Shown here: positions 47,130 through 61,789 of the stretch, one piece after another
How positions within the stretch are numbered: the stretch's first letter is position 1
Layout of the letters: each line of letters begins with the position of its first letter
Assembly: GCF_009914755.1 (NCBI RefSeq)
Contig: NC_060935.1
DNA: 64,000 bases
Reading direction: 5' to 3' (one strand)
Origin: the human T2T-CHM13v2.0 reference genome, Homo sapiens
Made by a program: the position numbers and the translations under genes
The notes under the pieces: generated by a model
Told to the model about the DNA's origin: nothing
Database searches by the model: none
What the model saw: only the letters and a program-made list of their open reading frames with translations

Positions 47130-49056
47130 TGTATTAGTTAGGGTTCTCTAAAGGTCAGAAATAATAGGATGTATGTATATATGAAGGGGAGTTTATTAGG
47201 AGAATTGGCTCACATGATCACAAGGTGAAGTCCCACAGTAGACTGTCTGTAAGCTGAGGAGGAAGGAAGCCAGTCCAAGTCCCAAAGCCTCAAAAGTAGG
47301 GAAGCTAACAGTGTAACCTTCAGTATGGGGCTGAAGGCCTGAGACCCTGGCAAATCACTGGTATAAGTCCAAGGGTGCAAAAGCTGAAGAACTTAGAGCA
47401 TCCAACACAGGAGAAAGATGAAGGCCGGAACACTCAGCAAGTCTCTCTCACTCCATGTTCTTCTGCCTGCTTTATTCTAGTCATGCTGGCAGCTGATTAG
47501 ATGGTGCCTACCCAGATTGAAGGTGGGTCTAACTCTCCCAGTCCACTGACTCAAATGTTAACCTCCTTTGGCAACACCCTCACAGACACACTCAGGAACA
47601 ATACTTTGCATCCTTCAATCCAATCAAGTTGACACTCAATATTAACCATCACAAGTCCACCCCTTGCCAACTTGAACCCATACACATCTCCTGAAATTAT
47701 ACATAATCTTCAAATAAAGACAATAATAAGGTCATAATTATGCCTAACATAATACAGCTATCCTTCATACAACTGGAAGTGCACTAATCCTTAACCTAAA
47801 TGCTATTACATAAAGTTAACAACACTTAAATGATGACATGAAGTCCATAAATCTATGTCACATGATAAAAGAAAAAGAAAGGAAATAAAATGAAGATATT
47901 TTCTTAGTACAAGTATATACATGTGCAAATATGTTCTTAAAATGAGGAGGCTATACTCATGACAATTACAGTCCTCATTTCTGCAACTGGTCACATGGTC
48001 GTAGCTGGTATTGATGACTACCTTCTTCTATTTCCCTTTCTGTATTCCCTTTGCTTTCAGCAAGCACCTTAGCAGGTTGTAGTTTTTTACACAGTGGAGT
48101 GACCCAAACCTTCACTCCTGAGGGTCTGGGTCATTTGTAGTCCTGCCTGGATTGGGTTGTTGTAGTTTCCCATTGACCTTAATCACAGGGTGTGATAATA
48201 CTAAGAGACGCCCTAATGGATCTCTTGTATTCCATGCATATTCTTCCTTACCTCCAATGTAGAGTAGTAGACTGATTTCATCTGACAGTCTAGGTCAATC
48301 ACCCCAGCCAACACTGTAACTTACTTCTTAGTCTGTTGACTTAGAGGTAAGAGAAGCCCAAAGTGGCCAGGTGGCAGTCTTAACTTCCAGTTTAATGGAC
48401 TCGTTGCTGTGTCTCCTGGTGGCAGCATTCCTCCCTCTGGAATAAAGACCTCTAGGCCAGCAGAATGTAATGTCACGGGAACAGGAAGGAAAAAATTTTG
48501 CTAGGGTCACTAGGAGTGATGGTGAGTGATGCCACTTCCATTTCCACCCCTTGATTCCTGGACCCATGAATCCTGGCTATGGGGGAAACGGTACCATATA
48601 TTGGACTGTGATTCAGAGTATACATAGCCTTCTGGAGAACTTTGCCCCACCCCTGCAAAGTACTGTCACTTCATTGGCATTGTAATTGTGACTTCAAAAG
48701 GCCTTTCCCTCATTCTGTCAATGCAGCTGCTTTGGGATGATGGAGAATACAGTAAGACCAGTGAATTCCATGAGCATGAGCCCACTGCCACGCTTCTCTA
48801 GTTGTAAAGTGAGTGCCTTGGTCAGAGGCAATGCTATGTGGAATTCCATGACAGTGGATAAGGCATTCCGTGAGTCCACAGATGATAGTCTTGGCAGAAG
48901 CATTGTGTGCAGGATAGGCAAACCCATATCTGGAGTGTCTGTTCTGGTGAGGACAAACCTCTGCCCTTTCCACGATGGAAAAGGTCCAATATAATCAACC
49001 TGCCACCAAGTAGCGGGCTGATCACCCCAGAAAATGGTGCCACATCGAGGGCACAA
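47130..49056 (-). mobile_element. HERVL/ERVL 3' portion: MLT2 LTR (47130-47652) plus internal sequence with integrase remnants
   Basis: TGTATTAGT.AGGGTTCTCT...ATTAACCATCACA with an adjacent polypurine tract. Integrase pieces WQVDYIGP.P and HGIPHSIASDQGTHFT, broken by frameshifts. Confidence 0.9.
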
Positions 49057-49059
49057 GTC

Positions 49060-50030
49060 TCCCTGTTCTCAGTACTCATCCATATGCTAATTGCTTCCAA
49101 ATTTATATCTCCAGACCAAGCCTCTCTTCCAAACTGCACACTTATATAATGTGCCACCTCCTGGACATCTCCACATTGCCTAGCAGGCTTCTCAAACTGT
49201 TTGCACAAAACAGCTCCTGGTCTTCCCCTCCAAACCTGCTCCTTCCTGTCCTCCTCATCATTCCAGCTGCTCAGACTAAAAACCATGGAGTTGTCATTGT
49301 CTCTTTCTCACTCTATGTCCAATATGTCAGCAAATTCTGGGGGCTCTACCTTCAAAATTTATTCTAAATTGGATTTCTTACAGCATCCACTGCTGTTTCA
49401 AGTCACCATTACCATTATCACTCCACCCCCACCCTTTTTTTTTCTTTTTTTTTTGAGATGGAGTCTCACTCTGTCACCCAGGCTGGAGTGCAGTGGCCTG
49501 ATATTGGCACACTGCAACCTCTGCCTCCCAGGTTCAAGTGATTCTTGTGCCTTAGCCTCTGAGTAGCTGGGATTACAGGCATGCCCCACCATCACACTCA
49601 GCTAATTTTTGTATTTTTAGTAGAGATGGGGTTTCACCATGTTGGCCCACTGGCCTTGAATTAACTAACCTCAGGTGATCCACTTGCCTTGGCCTCCCAA
49701 AGTGTTGGGATTACAGGCATGAGCCACCGCCTCTGGCCACCATTATCTCTTGATTAGATTATTTTGAGAGCCAACTAAGAGATCTTTCTGCTTCTACCCC
49801 TTCCCCCATCTTCAGTCTACTTTCACCCAAACAATCAGAATAATCCAGTTGCCTCTCTGACCTCATCTCCTATTGTTGCCTCCCTTGCTCTAGCCACCCT
49901 GGCCTGCTTGTTGATTCTAGAGTATATAAAGCACACGTTTGCCTCAGACCCTGGCACTTGCTATTCCCTCTGCCCGGAACACCCTTTCCCCAAATATCCA
50001 CATGGTTCACTCCCTCATCAGGACCTCTGT
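49060..50030 (+). mobile_element. L2 fragments interrupted by an Alu at 49435-49738 (minus)
   Basis: L2 motifs CCAAATTTATATCTCCAG and CTTGCTATTCCCTCTGCC.GGAA. Confidence 0.7.
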
Positions 50031-50190
50031 TAAGTATATCTTCCCCTCTGGCCTGAAATTCTGCAATTAGAGAATCATCCCCATGTGCTTTACAAAAATT
50101 TCTTTTTCAAAATCAAATATACCTGAAAGGGAGAACACACTAAATCTGTTATCAGACATTAATAGCCTAACATTAAGAGTTTACTATATT

Positions 50191-50532
<342 letters not shown>

Positions 50533-50780
50533 TCATGCAGATAACTAGACAGTAGGGTGAAAATGGTAACCTAGTAAATTTTGAACGGTGCTCTCCCCAG
50601 CAAGGGCTAAGAGTATAAAAGCAGGAGCGGAGGACCTGGGCACAGTGAACAAAGTGCACGGGGCACAAGGAAGGCGATTGGGTTACTGGAAATATCAGAA
50701 AAGGAAGGTGGAGAGGACATGAAAAACACTCTGTCCCTTCCAAGACTTTGTACAAGATCACATTAGCATAGGGAAAATGA

Positions 50781-51470
<690 letters not shown>

Positions 51471-51532
51471 GTAGAAAAATACATTTTAAATTAAGATTTA
51501 AAAACAAAAACAAAGAAAAACTACTGGTATTT

Positions 51533-51990
51533 GTGTAGTGAAGAATTACCACTATGCAAAGAAAAGTCTGAGCTTTGTTTCTGCTTCTGGAAGTTTCCCT
51601 CGAATCCCTTGAAATTTCCTGAGTTACAGGAGTGAAATCAGCCTGACCTCCAGGGAGGGAAGGTGGTGGGAAATTGTGTTTAGCCAATTCCAGCCACCCT
51701 CAATTATACCCATGTAATAATTGAGTTATTATCTACTGAAGCCTCAATAGAGAGTCTGGACACCAAAACTAGGATGAGCTTTTTGGGTTGCCACACATTC
51801 CTGAGGATGCTCTTAGCTCTGGATACTGCCATATGTGTCTCTTTCTTTGGCTTGTTCTAATTTGTATCCTGTCATTATAATAAAACTATAATTGTCAGCC
51901 CCAAGTTCTGTGAGTCGTTCTAGAAAATTATTGAACCTGAGTAATCATGGGAACCTCCTATTTTGTAGCGAGCTGGTCTGAAGTAAGTAA
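51533..51990 (+). mobile_element. MER21-like LTR fragment
   Basis: ..AATAAAACT.TAA..G..AGTTCTGTGAGTC.TTCTAG..AATTATTGAACCTGAG motifs. Confidence 0.55.
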
Positions 51991-52893
51991 ACTTTGCATA
52001 CAATGAGTGAAATTGGCCATATTTTATTTAATTAAGCTACTATATTCTCCTCATACTGATGGCCTTTCCTGGGGGAAGAGAGAATTTGTTGACCTCAGCA
52101 AGACCAAAATTGGTTATTTAAGGAAAATTTAGTCCAGAGTCTAGAGAGAGCCTGTCCCAGAATTGGTATCCAGATAGCCCACTCCTAACATATGCTAGTT
52201 CTTGAGTGCACGGAAAGATAACAAGCCAATAAAATAAATAGAAAATGGCAAACTTATGAATAGCCAGTTTTGAGAAAAAATATGTAATTGGCTCTTAATT
52301 AAACAAAAGATGCCCAATCTCACTCATAACATGAGAAAGACAACTTAAAACTACAGGGAGATGCCATTCTTACCTGTCATATGGGCAGAGGAAAAACTCT
52401 GTATTCTGGATAACACACCATGTTGTGAGATCTGGGGAAACCTCATCTGGCACGCCCATACATTGGCAGTAAAATTCAAAATTGGTACAGCCTCTGTGAA
52501 GGGTGACTTGGCAATACATCACAAAATTGCAAATACATATTTGCATTTGAATCAGCAAGTTCACGTTTAGGAATTTATTCTATAGATCTATCCATGTTTT
52601 AGTGAAAAGATGTCTGATGCAAATTGAAAAACACTGTTCCATTATTTTACAACTCTTTTCATAAAGAGTTGGGTCAATTTCCCCACTCCGTGAATGTGGA
52701 GAGGCCCTGTGTCTTGCTTTGACCAATAAAGTGTGGCAGAAGTGATGTTGTTCTAGAGCCTAACCTTAGGAGGCTTGTAGCTTCCACTCTACTTCTCTTG
52801 GAATTCTGCCCTTAGACCAGTTGGTGGTTAGAGGCTGGAAAAGCACCAAGTAAGCTGTGAGCAGAGGCTGGAGAAATGGCAAACCAACAGCTG

Positions 52894-53003
52894 CTAGAGC
52901 TGGAAAGGCAGTGAGAAAACAGTCACTGCAGGCGGAAGAAAGGGCAACTAGAGCTGGAAAGGCAGTGAGAAAACAGTCACTGCAGGCTGAAGAAAGGGCA
53001 ACT
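52894..53003 (+). repeat. 54-bp tandem duplication inside MaLR-like sequence
   Basis: CTAGAGCTGGAAAGGCAGTGAGAAAACAGTCACTGCAGGC(G/T)GAAGAAAGGGCAA twice, with 1 mismatch. Confidence 0.95.
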
Positions 53004-53310
53004 TGTGTTATGTCGTCATTGGAATAATTGGCAAAATGTTTTCTGAGGAAACTTAAAAGATAAAAAAAAACGTACCTAATAACATTTTAAAAACATGATT
53101 AAGGAGATCTCCAGGCAGAATGTTGAAAGTGCCACTTGGCTTCTCCTCGGTATGATAACATGCAAGAAAAGAGAGATGAGCAAAGGAAGGAACCATTCAG
53201 CTTATAAGCAAAGTTTAGAGGATTTACAGAAGCCCAGGGATTTGCTAGTTTGGAAAACATAACTGTCTCTTGTCCTCTGTTTTCCCAGCTGGTAAAAATT
53301 AGTCTAAGTT

Positions 53311-53605
<295 letters not shown>

Positions 53606-53829
53606 TTAAAGCCAAAAACCACATCAAGGGTATGGTTGTAAGAACCCCTGTGAAAACCTATGAATGATTTAAGGCAATGTCTGAAGGAACCTTGCAGTCA
53701 CGGCTTCTGAGAATCTTAAAGGCCTTTTCCAAGAGCAGCCTCAAAATATTTCCTGAAAGACCTTGCTTCTCTTGATATTTACCCCAGAACTCCATGCAGT
53801 TTCCCTATTTTAATACATTATGTCAATTA

Positions 53830-54570
53830 TATCACCAGAGGTGAGAAAATAAAACCCAAAATGACTCAGGGCCTCCCATATCAGTGAAATTTTTAGGGGT
53901 CCATTTGTCTGGGGTATGCCAAGACATCCCAGGGTGAGGACAAGTTCTTGTACCTTGCTTTTCTTCCACTTAGGGGTATGGTACTGCTGGGATTTTGGAT
54001 TTTGGAGACAGCAACACACCTCTTTGAATACTGCTCCCACGCATGTATTGGGTGACTCAGAAGGCTACGGATTTTGAGGGAGGCCCAGAGCAAGACTACA
54101 CTTCGCAGCAGGTTCTAGCTGCAGTTTAAGCGGCCTTTCTGCTTGGGCCATGTGCCTGGTAATTCCATGGTGCTAGAGATGCTTGTTGCAGGCATGTAGG
54201 CCACACAGAGTCTCTTGCAAGCTCTGTTAGGAAAGCTGCAGTATTGGCCTCTAGGGTTCTGTGGCAAGGCCGTGCCTGCAACAGTTAATGCTCCCAGAAG
54301 TGGATCTTAACAAACGATGGATAGAGGGTTGGTAGATACATATCCCAACTTCCTTGCCCCTCAGGTAGGAAAACTCTGAGGTGCATCCTAAGCCATCTGT
54401 CCCAGAGTTCCCTGAAGGAATTAAGCCCCAGCTATCCACAATTTACCCTGTATTGGCTTCTTTCCCTTCTCAGACCTTTATTTTCCTATTGGTGATCTTC
54501 CCCAGAGAAACTTCTTGCACTCAAAAGCTTGTCTCAGTGTCCGTCTCTGGAAGGATCCAACTCAATTGAC
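53830..54570 (+). mobile_element. Ancient ERVL internal fragment plus LTR16-like piece
   Basis: TGGGGTATGCCAAGACATCCC pol-like remnant and CCCAGAGTTCCC...AATTAAGCCCCAG LTR16 motif. Confidence 0.55.
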
Positions 54571-54580
54571 CAACAATTAG

Positions 54581-55006
<426 letters not shown>

Positions 55007-55244
55007 TGAGTAAGTGGGACTATAGCCATGCGCTGCCATACCTGGCTAATTAAAAAAAAAATTAAAGAGACTGGGTCTCTCCCTCTGTGTTGCTCAGGTT
55101 GGTCTCAATCTCCTAGCCTCAAGCAATCCTCCTGCTTCAGTCTCCTGAAGTGTTGAGATTACAGGTGCTAGCCACTGTGCTTAGCTATCAATGAGTTTTC
55201 GGTTGTATTTGCACATGCATACTAAAGAGGCAAGAAAAAAAAAA

Positions 55245-55955
55245 CTGAAGATACCAGCTATGCGTCCTCCAATTCTAACTCCAGCAGATACCAGCTGTGC
55301 ATCCTCCAATTCAATTCTAACACCTTCCACCTGGAGACAGGCTCAGTCACATCCCACAGGCTGCGGGCTCAGTCCCACAAGGCTGCCCCACTTCAAACGC
55401 CAGTCATAACCACAGGCTGTAACCTGTGCTTCTGACCAAGCAACTATAAATTGAGGTTTTCAGGGCCCTCACCTTGGGTTTGATTAATTTGCTAGAGTGA
55501 CTCATAGACCTCAGGGAAACACTTTACTTACACTTACCCATTTATTACAAGGATGTTACAAAGGACACAGATCAAGAGCCAGCTGGAAGAGATGCACAGG
55601 GAAGGGGTGCGGAGCTCCCATGCCCTCTCCAGGGCACCACCCTCCAGGCACCTCCATGTGTTCAGCTATCTGGAAGCTCCCCAGACTCTGTCCTTTTGGG
55701 TTTTCATGGAAGCTTCATTATGTAGGCATGAATAATTATATCATTGACCACTGGTGACCAACCCAAACTTCAGATCCTTTCCCTTCCCCAGAGGTTGGAG
55801 GGTGGGGCTGAAAGTCCCAGCCCTCTAATCATGGCTGGGCCACCATTTACCTCATTAGCATACAAAAGACTCCTGTTGCTTTAGAGATTCCAAGGGTTTG
55901 GGAAGCTATATGTCAGGAGACAGGAGAAGACCAAATATATATTTCACAGTATCAC
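55245..55955 (-). mobile_element. MER21-family LTR
   Basis: CCTCCAATTCAATTCT.ACAC..CCACCTGGAG and GGGGCTGAAAGT.CCA.CCCTCTAATCA motifs. Confidence 0.65.
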
Positions 55956-56109
55956 ACACACATACTCTCTTGATCACAGGTGAAGTTTTGCCCAAAGCAA
56001 CAGAAGTGAAGCAAGCTTCTATTCTCACAGAGGTTTGGGTCCGGTAGATACTAATAACTTCTATTCTCTGATGCATTGTAGTAGGGCAGACATTAAGCAT
56101 TTCATGTGC

Positions 56110-56521
56110 ATTTTTTTTTTCTTTTTGAGACAGGGTCTCACTCTATCTCCCAGGCTGGAGTGCAGTGGCACTAACACAGCTCACTGTAGCCTCAATCTGC
56201 AGGGCTTAAGCGATCCTCCCACCTCAGCCTCCTGAATAGCTGGGATTACAGGCATGCACTACCATGACCAGCATATTTGTATTTTTTGTAGAGACGGGTT
56301 GTTACTATGTTGCTCAGGCTAGTCTTGAACTCCTGACCTCAGCCTCCCAAGTAGCTAGGAATACAGGCACATGCCACCACAGCCAGCATATTTTTGTATT
56401 TTTTGTAGAGACAGCTTACTGCCATGTTGCTTAGGCTGATCTTGAACTCCTGAGCTCAAGGGCTCCACAGGCCTTGGCTTCCCAAAGTGCAAGGACTAAG
56501 GTGCAACTGCCACACCCAGCC
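56110..56521 (-). mobile_element. AluJ with an internal duplication of about 115 bp
   Basis: The segment CCTCAGCCTCC...GAACTCCTGA occurs twice. Confidence 0.88.
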
Positions 56522-57058
56522 TTTCATATGTATTATCTTATTTAAGCTTCACTTTACAAGTGAGAAGGGCAGCCTTGGCTCAGAGAAGTTAGGTGACTTG
56601 CAGCAAATCACATAATTGCTAAGTGATGGATCTGAGCTTTAGCCCCAGGACTATCTGACCTTGGGTCTAAACTTATACTACTGTATTTTTCGTTAAGTCA
56701 GTCAGAGTTCTATCCTTTGACAGAAAGTATAACCTTCTTTTAAGGCAGAATAAGACCCTCTGCCCAACCCTGCTCTTTCTTTCTCCTCCGCACTAAGAAG
56801 ACAGCGAATACAGTAGAGGGTTTTGGACTGGGATAGTGGTTGCAGAGAAGATCCGGAACTAAAAATATGGACCAGGGGTAGAAATGGTGGTGATTCCACC
56901 AAACTTGGAAACACTTAACAAGACCCCATAACATGCAAGATATGCAAGAAATGGGGTACATTTTCTATACCAGTGCCTTAAGTAAAAAAATTCCTTGTTA
57001 AACAAATGATTTAGAGAAGACAGAACCAAATATATATATATAGCTGTGTGTGTATTCT

Positions 57059-57173
57059 AATAAAGGTTGTTAAAGTCTTAAAGTTAGTGGTGGGAGAAAA
57101 CAATAAAAAAATATGAAATCTCCCTATGTTAATAAACTAATTTCAAATACCAAGGGTTGGTTTTTGGTTGGGT
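57059..57173 (+). terminator. Strong plus-strand polyadenylation region, a candidate 3' end of the divergent lncRNA from the MSANTD2 promoter
   Basis: AATAAA at 57059, 57102 and 57131, CA at 57151-57152, and a GU-rich element GGGTTGGTTTTTGGTTGGGT at 57154-57173. Confidence 0.5.
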
Positions 57174-57787
57174 GAGTCTGTTTTTGCCTTGATTAAAAAG
57201 AAGTGATTTTTTTCTTCAGCCTAGTTTTCCTGGTATGAAAGGCAAGAAGGAATGACATTCCATAACTGTTATAGAGGTGAAAACAGTTTTATTTATTGGT
57301 GGTCATTACCGGCCTATAACCAGGGCACAACCTTCTTGGTAAACATTTACCAAGCATTAGTGGAAGATGATTCACTAACTTTTAAAACTCTCCTTCCCTT
57401 ATATGCATATTAATACCACGATATCTTTAGCTTTTAAGTCCATATATACAGGCACAGGTGCGAATAAATTCAAACATATCACTTGTAGTGGTTTACATAA
57501 GGGCTTGCTAGTTCAAATGGGGTTGTTAGTTTTGCATCTCAAATTAGTTCCTGTCAACCCAGCAACTAAAGAAAATTCCTTTGTGAAAAAAGTTTCCAGG
57601 CATGACCCAGTAATTGTTTTAATGGATTTTCAATGAAGGGTGAAGTACCATGCTATGTAGCCTGTGGGCATTCCATAAATATATTTTGACTGATTCTGTT
57701 AACAAACTACATAGAAAAAACCAAATACTTACTATCCAATCCTCTTATATTGTTTCCCATAGGTTCTGTCTGTTAGTGTATTTATAA

Positions 57788-58179
<392 letters not shown>

Positions 58180-58529
58180 TACTTAGTCTAAGATTTTCAG
58201 TGTGCACCTGAGATTTGCCCTTTCCAAAATGAGGAAGAGGCCTGAAGCCGATCAGCTGAAAGAAGTACTAAGCCCTGCAGGCTGAAAAGGTAATGTCCCA
58301 CCTATGCTGGAGGACCTGATGTTGGTATAGTCAATTTTCTGTCTTCTATGTAAGGTATAGATCTGCTCTGATCTTGACATTGTGAAGAAAGCTACTATAC
58401 TGTCAGAATCTGCTGTAATATAGCCCTGAGATGAGAAAGGTGTGTAGAACAGAAATCTTCACTGCCCTTCTCCCAAAACATTCATTGACCCCTCCTGTAA
58501 GATATATATATATATATATATATAATTAT

Positions 58530-58837
58530 TATTTTTTCTAGACAGAGTCTCGCTCTGTTGCCCAGGCTGGAGTGCAGTGGTGCAGTCTTGGCTCACTACA
58601 ATCTCAGCCTTCCAGGTTCAAGGTTCCCAGGTTCCCAAGCAGATTCTCGTGTCTCAGCCTCTTGAGAACTGGGGCTACAGGCACACGCCACCACACCTGG
58701 CTAAGTTTTATAATTTTAGTAGTGATGGAGTTTTGCCATGTTGGCCAGGCTGGTCTTGAACTCTTGATCTAAGGTGATCCGCCAACCTTGACCTCCCAAA
58801 GTGCTGAGATTACAGTCATGAGCCACCGCGCCCGTCC
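58530..58837 (-). mobile_element. Alu next to a (TA)n run
   Basis: Antisense dimer with a small internal AGGTTC reiteration. Confidence 0.9.
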
Positions 58838-59373
58838 TGCATTCTTGCTGTGTGTGTGTAACCCTTGCTATAGTTATATAATTTAGGTTGAATTTAATTT
58901 ATACGTTGACTATGATCTGAGGGTCAAGATCATTTGGGATAAAGGAGAGATCAACTACATGTCCGTATACTGCAAGTTAGAATTTAGTTAAGAAGGCCCT
59001 GAGTAGATTCCAGAATTATAATAAAGCTTTCATTTTTAGTTTGAGGAAACTTCAATATGGGCGACAGAACAAAGAACTCGGGTGGTAGGAATTAAGTTGG
59101 TAGGAATTAAGAGGGTGCCTGCCAGGCGGGCTGGAAGTGAAGGAAGCCATGTGCCTGCAAAGCTGTTTAGGGCTGCCATGTGTTTATGCCCTGGCAGAAA
59201 CCTCTGGATAGAAGTTAGATCGCTTACATTTTTCTTAAGTAACCCATTTTGTTACATCCATATGTTTTCCCTCTTTCCAGAAGGAAAAAAAAGTATCAGC
59301 GAGCCCTTCCTCACGGATCAGGAAGCTCAAGGGATTACTCAAGTACATTGGCGGCAGTTACAAAGATATTTTC

Positions 59374-59674
59374 TTTTTTTTTTTTTTTTTTTTTTTGAGA
59401 CGGAGTCTCGCTCTGTTGCCCGGACTGGAGTGCAGTGGCGCGATCTCGGCTCACTGCAAAGCTCCGCCTCCCGGGTTCACGCCATTCTCCTGCCTCAGCC
59501 TGCCAAGTAGCTGGGACTACAGGCGCCCGCCACGACACCCGGCTAATTTTTTGTATTTTTAGTAGAGACGGGGTTTCACCGTGTTAGCCAGGATGGTCTC
59601 GATTTCCTGACCTCGTGATCCACCCGCCTCGGCCTCCCAAAGTGCTGGGATTACAGGCATGAGCCACCGCGGCC
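59374..59674 (-). mobile_element. AluY, young
   Basis: CpG-rich, pure T tail and perfect 15-bp TSD TACAAAGATATTTTC (59359-59373 / 59675-59689). Confidence 0.95.
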
Positions 59675-59825
59675 TACAAAGATATTTTCAAGCATTGTTC
59701 TCCCTACCCCAAATTTCTGAGTCATTTAAGTAGAGAAACAGCTCTTTTGCCCTGGCTCATATATGAAAAAAGTAGAATTCAGGCCAGGCTTCAAGTCTAG
59801 GGATGATTCTCATTAATGAGGTTAG

Positions 59826-59845
59826 GTCTGCCACCTGGTGGTGAG
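59826..59845 (-). promoter_or_regulatory. Candidate CTCF site
   Basis: Minus strand reads CACCACCAGGTGGCAGA, close to the CCASYAGRKGGCR consensus. Confidence 0.55.
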
Positions 59846-60366
59846 AAATAAAATGCCACTTGATTTTCTCATCTGATCTGTCCATATACCACACTTAAAA
59901 ATTCCACTTTGCAAATCCATCCTTAACCTCTGACTCGGGTTGTGCTTGCCGCCAGCCAAAAGTTCCCAACTGATGACAACGGCACCGACACCTTGGGGAG
60001 AATTTTTAGGCAACCATCTGGAACTCATTCCCTATGAACACATTTGAAGTGTTTTAGAACACTGGTAGGTGGTTCTACAACACTTCAAATGTGACTTAAG
60101 GTAGATTTTAGGAGAACAAGGTTCTCCTAAAGAGGAAAGATAGCACTAATTCATTCATTAGTACACAAACTATTGTGTAAAAAAAACTATGCTCTTCAAT
60201 TTGTAAACAAATGTGTAAGACAATGCCCCGCTCCATCAGTGACAAAGAGATGGGAGTGGATAACCAAGTTAGGCTGGGAAAATAAGAGTAATTCTTGCTT
60301 CCCGTTGAAAGGCTGAGGAGAGTGCAGAATCATCTGAAGCCATTAGGGGGAGTGCTAAGTCTTCAG

Positions 60367-60368
<2 letters not shown>

Positions 60369-60400
<32 letters not shown>
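60369..60400 (+). repeat. (CA)n microsatellite
   Basis: About 16 AC units. Confidence 0.97.
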
Positions 60401-60402
<2 letters not shown>

Positions 60403-60588
60403 GAATACTAGAATATGAATTCTGGAATATGTCCACAATTATTTGGGGATTTGGCCTATGGATCCCTCACAGAGGGTGAAGATACCCAAGTACCCTGGAG
60501 AGCTTCAGCTTCCAGTAACCTCCTCCAGCACTGAAGACTTCAGCTCCTTCCTTTTTTCACCTGCCCCTATTTTCCTTTCCTTGTAGGC

Positions 60589-60745
60589 CAGTACTCTCAA
60601 AGTGTGGCCCCCAGTATCACCACTGTCACCACCTGGGAAACTTTCAGAAATGCAATATCTCTGCCCGTACCCCAGATCAAAGGAATCAGAAACTGTAGGG
60701 CAGGGTTAATAAGGCCTCCAGGTGATTTTCATGCAAGCTGTGAAT
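60589..60745. mobile_element. MER5A-like MITE
   Basis: CAGT..TCTCAAAGTGTGG ... GAATCAGAAACT ... CCAGGTGATT. Confidence 0.75.
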
Positions 60746-60753
60746 CTCTAGTC

Positions 60754-60956
60754 CAGGGGTGTCCAATCTTTCGGCTTCCCTGCCACATTGGAAGAAGAAT
60801 TGTCTTGGGCCACACATAAAATACACTAGCTAAAAAATTTTTTTTTTTGCAAAAAACCTCATCATGTTTTAAGAACATATATGAATTTGTGTTGGGCCGC
60901 ATTCAAAGGTGTTCTGGTCTGCATGCGGCCCATGGGCCGTGGGTTGCACAAGCTTG
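60754..60956 (+). mobile_element. MER30 hAT MITE
   Basis: CAGGGGTGTCCAATC...GGTTGCACAAGCTTG with perfect 8-bp TSD CTCTAGTC. Confidence 0.9.
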
Positions 60957-61789
60957 CTCTAGTCTTAGGGTGATCCTCTGGGCACAGACCAGGGAGACTT
61001 GTCGGAGTGGGAGCTAAGGGGAGAAGCAATGGGTCCTAGAAGCCAATCTAGTTACCCAGTCCAGCCCAGAGTGTTAGAGGGAGCAGAGAACAGCCACAAA
61101 GGGAGGTGGCAGAGGTTTTTGCCAACTGAGCACCAGCTTTGTGGACACTGACCCTCCAATCACCCTTGGTCACAAGATCTTCAGATGGGAGACTCAGTCT
61201 TCAATTAAAGCGACACTAGAGAAGAATCCCTACAGTACCCAGAGCAAATAAGATAAATAGGGCTGTGTCCACCCCACCTGGGTGCAGCTCCAGCTCTTTT
61301 CACTCCCTTCCAGATCCGCGGAAAGCACCCCTGACACGCATATATTTGTGGATGGGATACCTGGATTGAGAGCGAACTCCATCAACCCCCCGAGACACTG
61401 CACCCTGCTCCCTCCTCTGCTGGAGGAACTGCCACTTTCTAAAGGAAAATACTATTTAATGTGCAGAATTACAGTACACACAATACTTATAGTATGGCAA
61501 GTATTAGTCCTTGGTATTTTTTCCGCCACCTTTTCCCATCTCCCCATCCTGTATGCCTGTGCCTCCTTACCTTTCTAGCACAAAACAGGCACTTAAAAAA
61601 TAGTGCAGAATGAACAGCTGAAGCTTGCTTCTACTATCTTCCATATTTTTCTCTGGCTGCTGTCAAAAAGCGCCAGCTCAGAGCCAGGGTGGCCGACTTT
61701 GTCACAGTCTCTGCTGGAAAACGACATTTTTTAGGGGGAAAATCATAAGCCAATGCAGACATGTCCCTGCCCCCTATTCCTTCTCCCTG

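Noticed and set aside
48328-49056. Functional retroviral integrase
   Set aside because: Multiple frameshifts; the 5' part of the provirus is absent.
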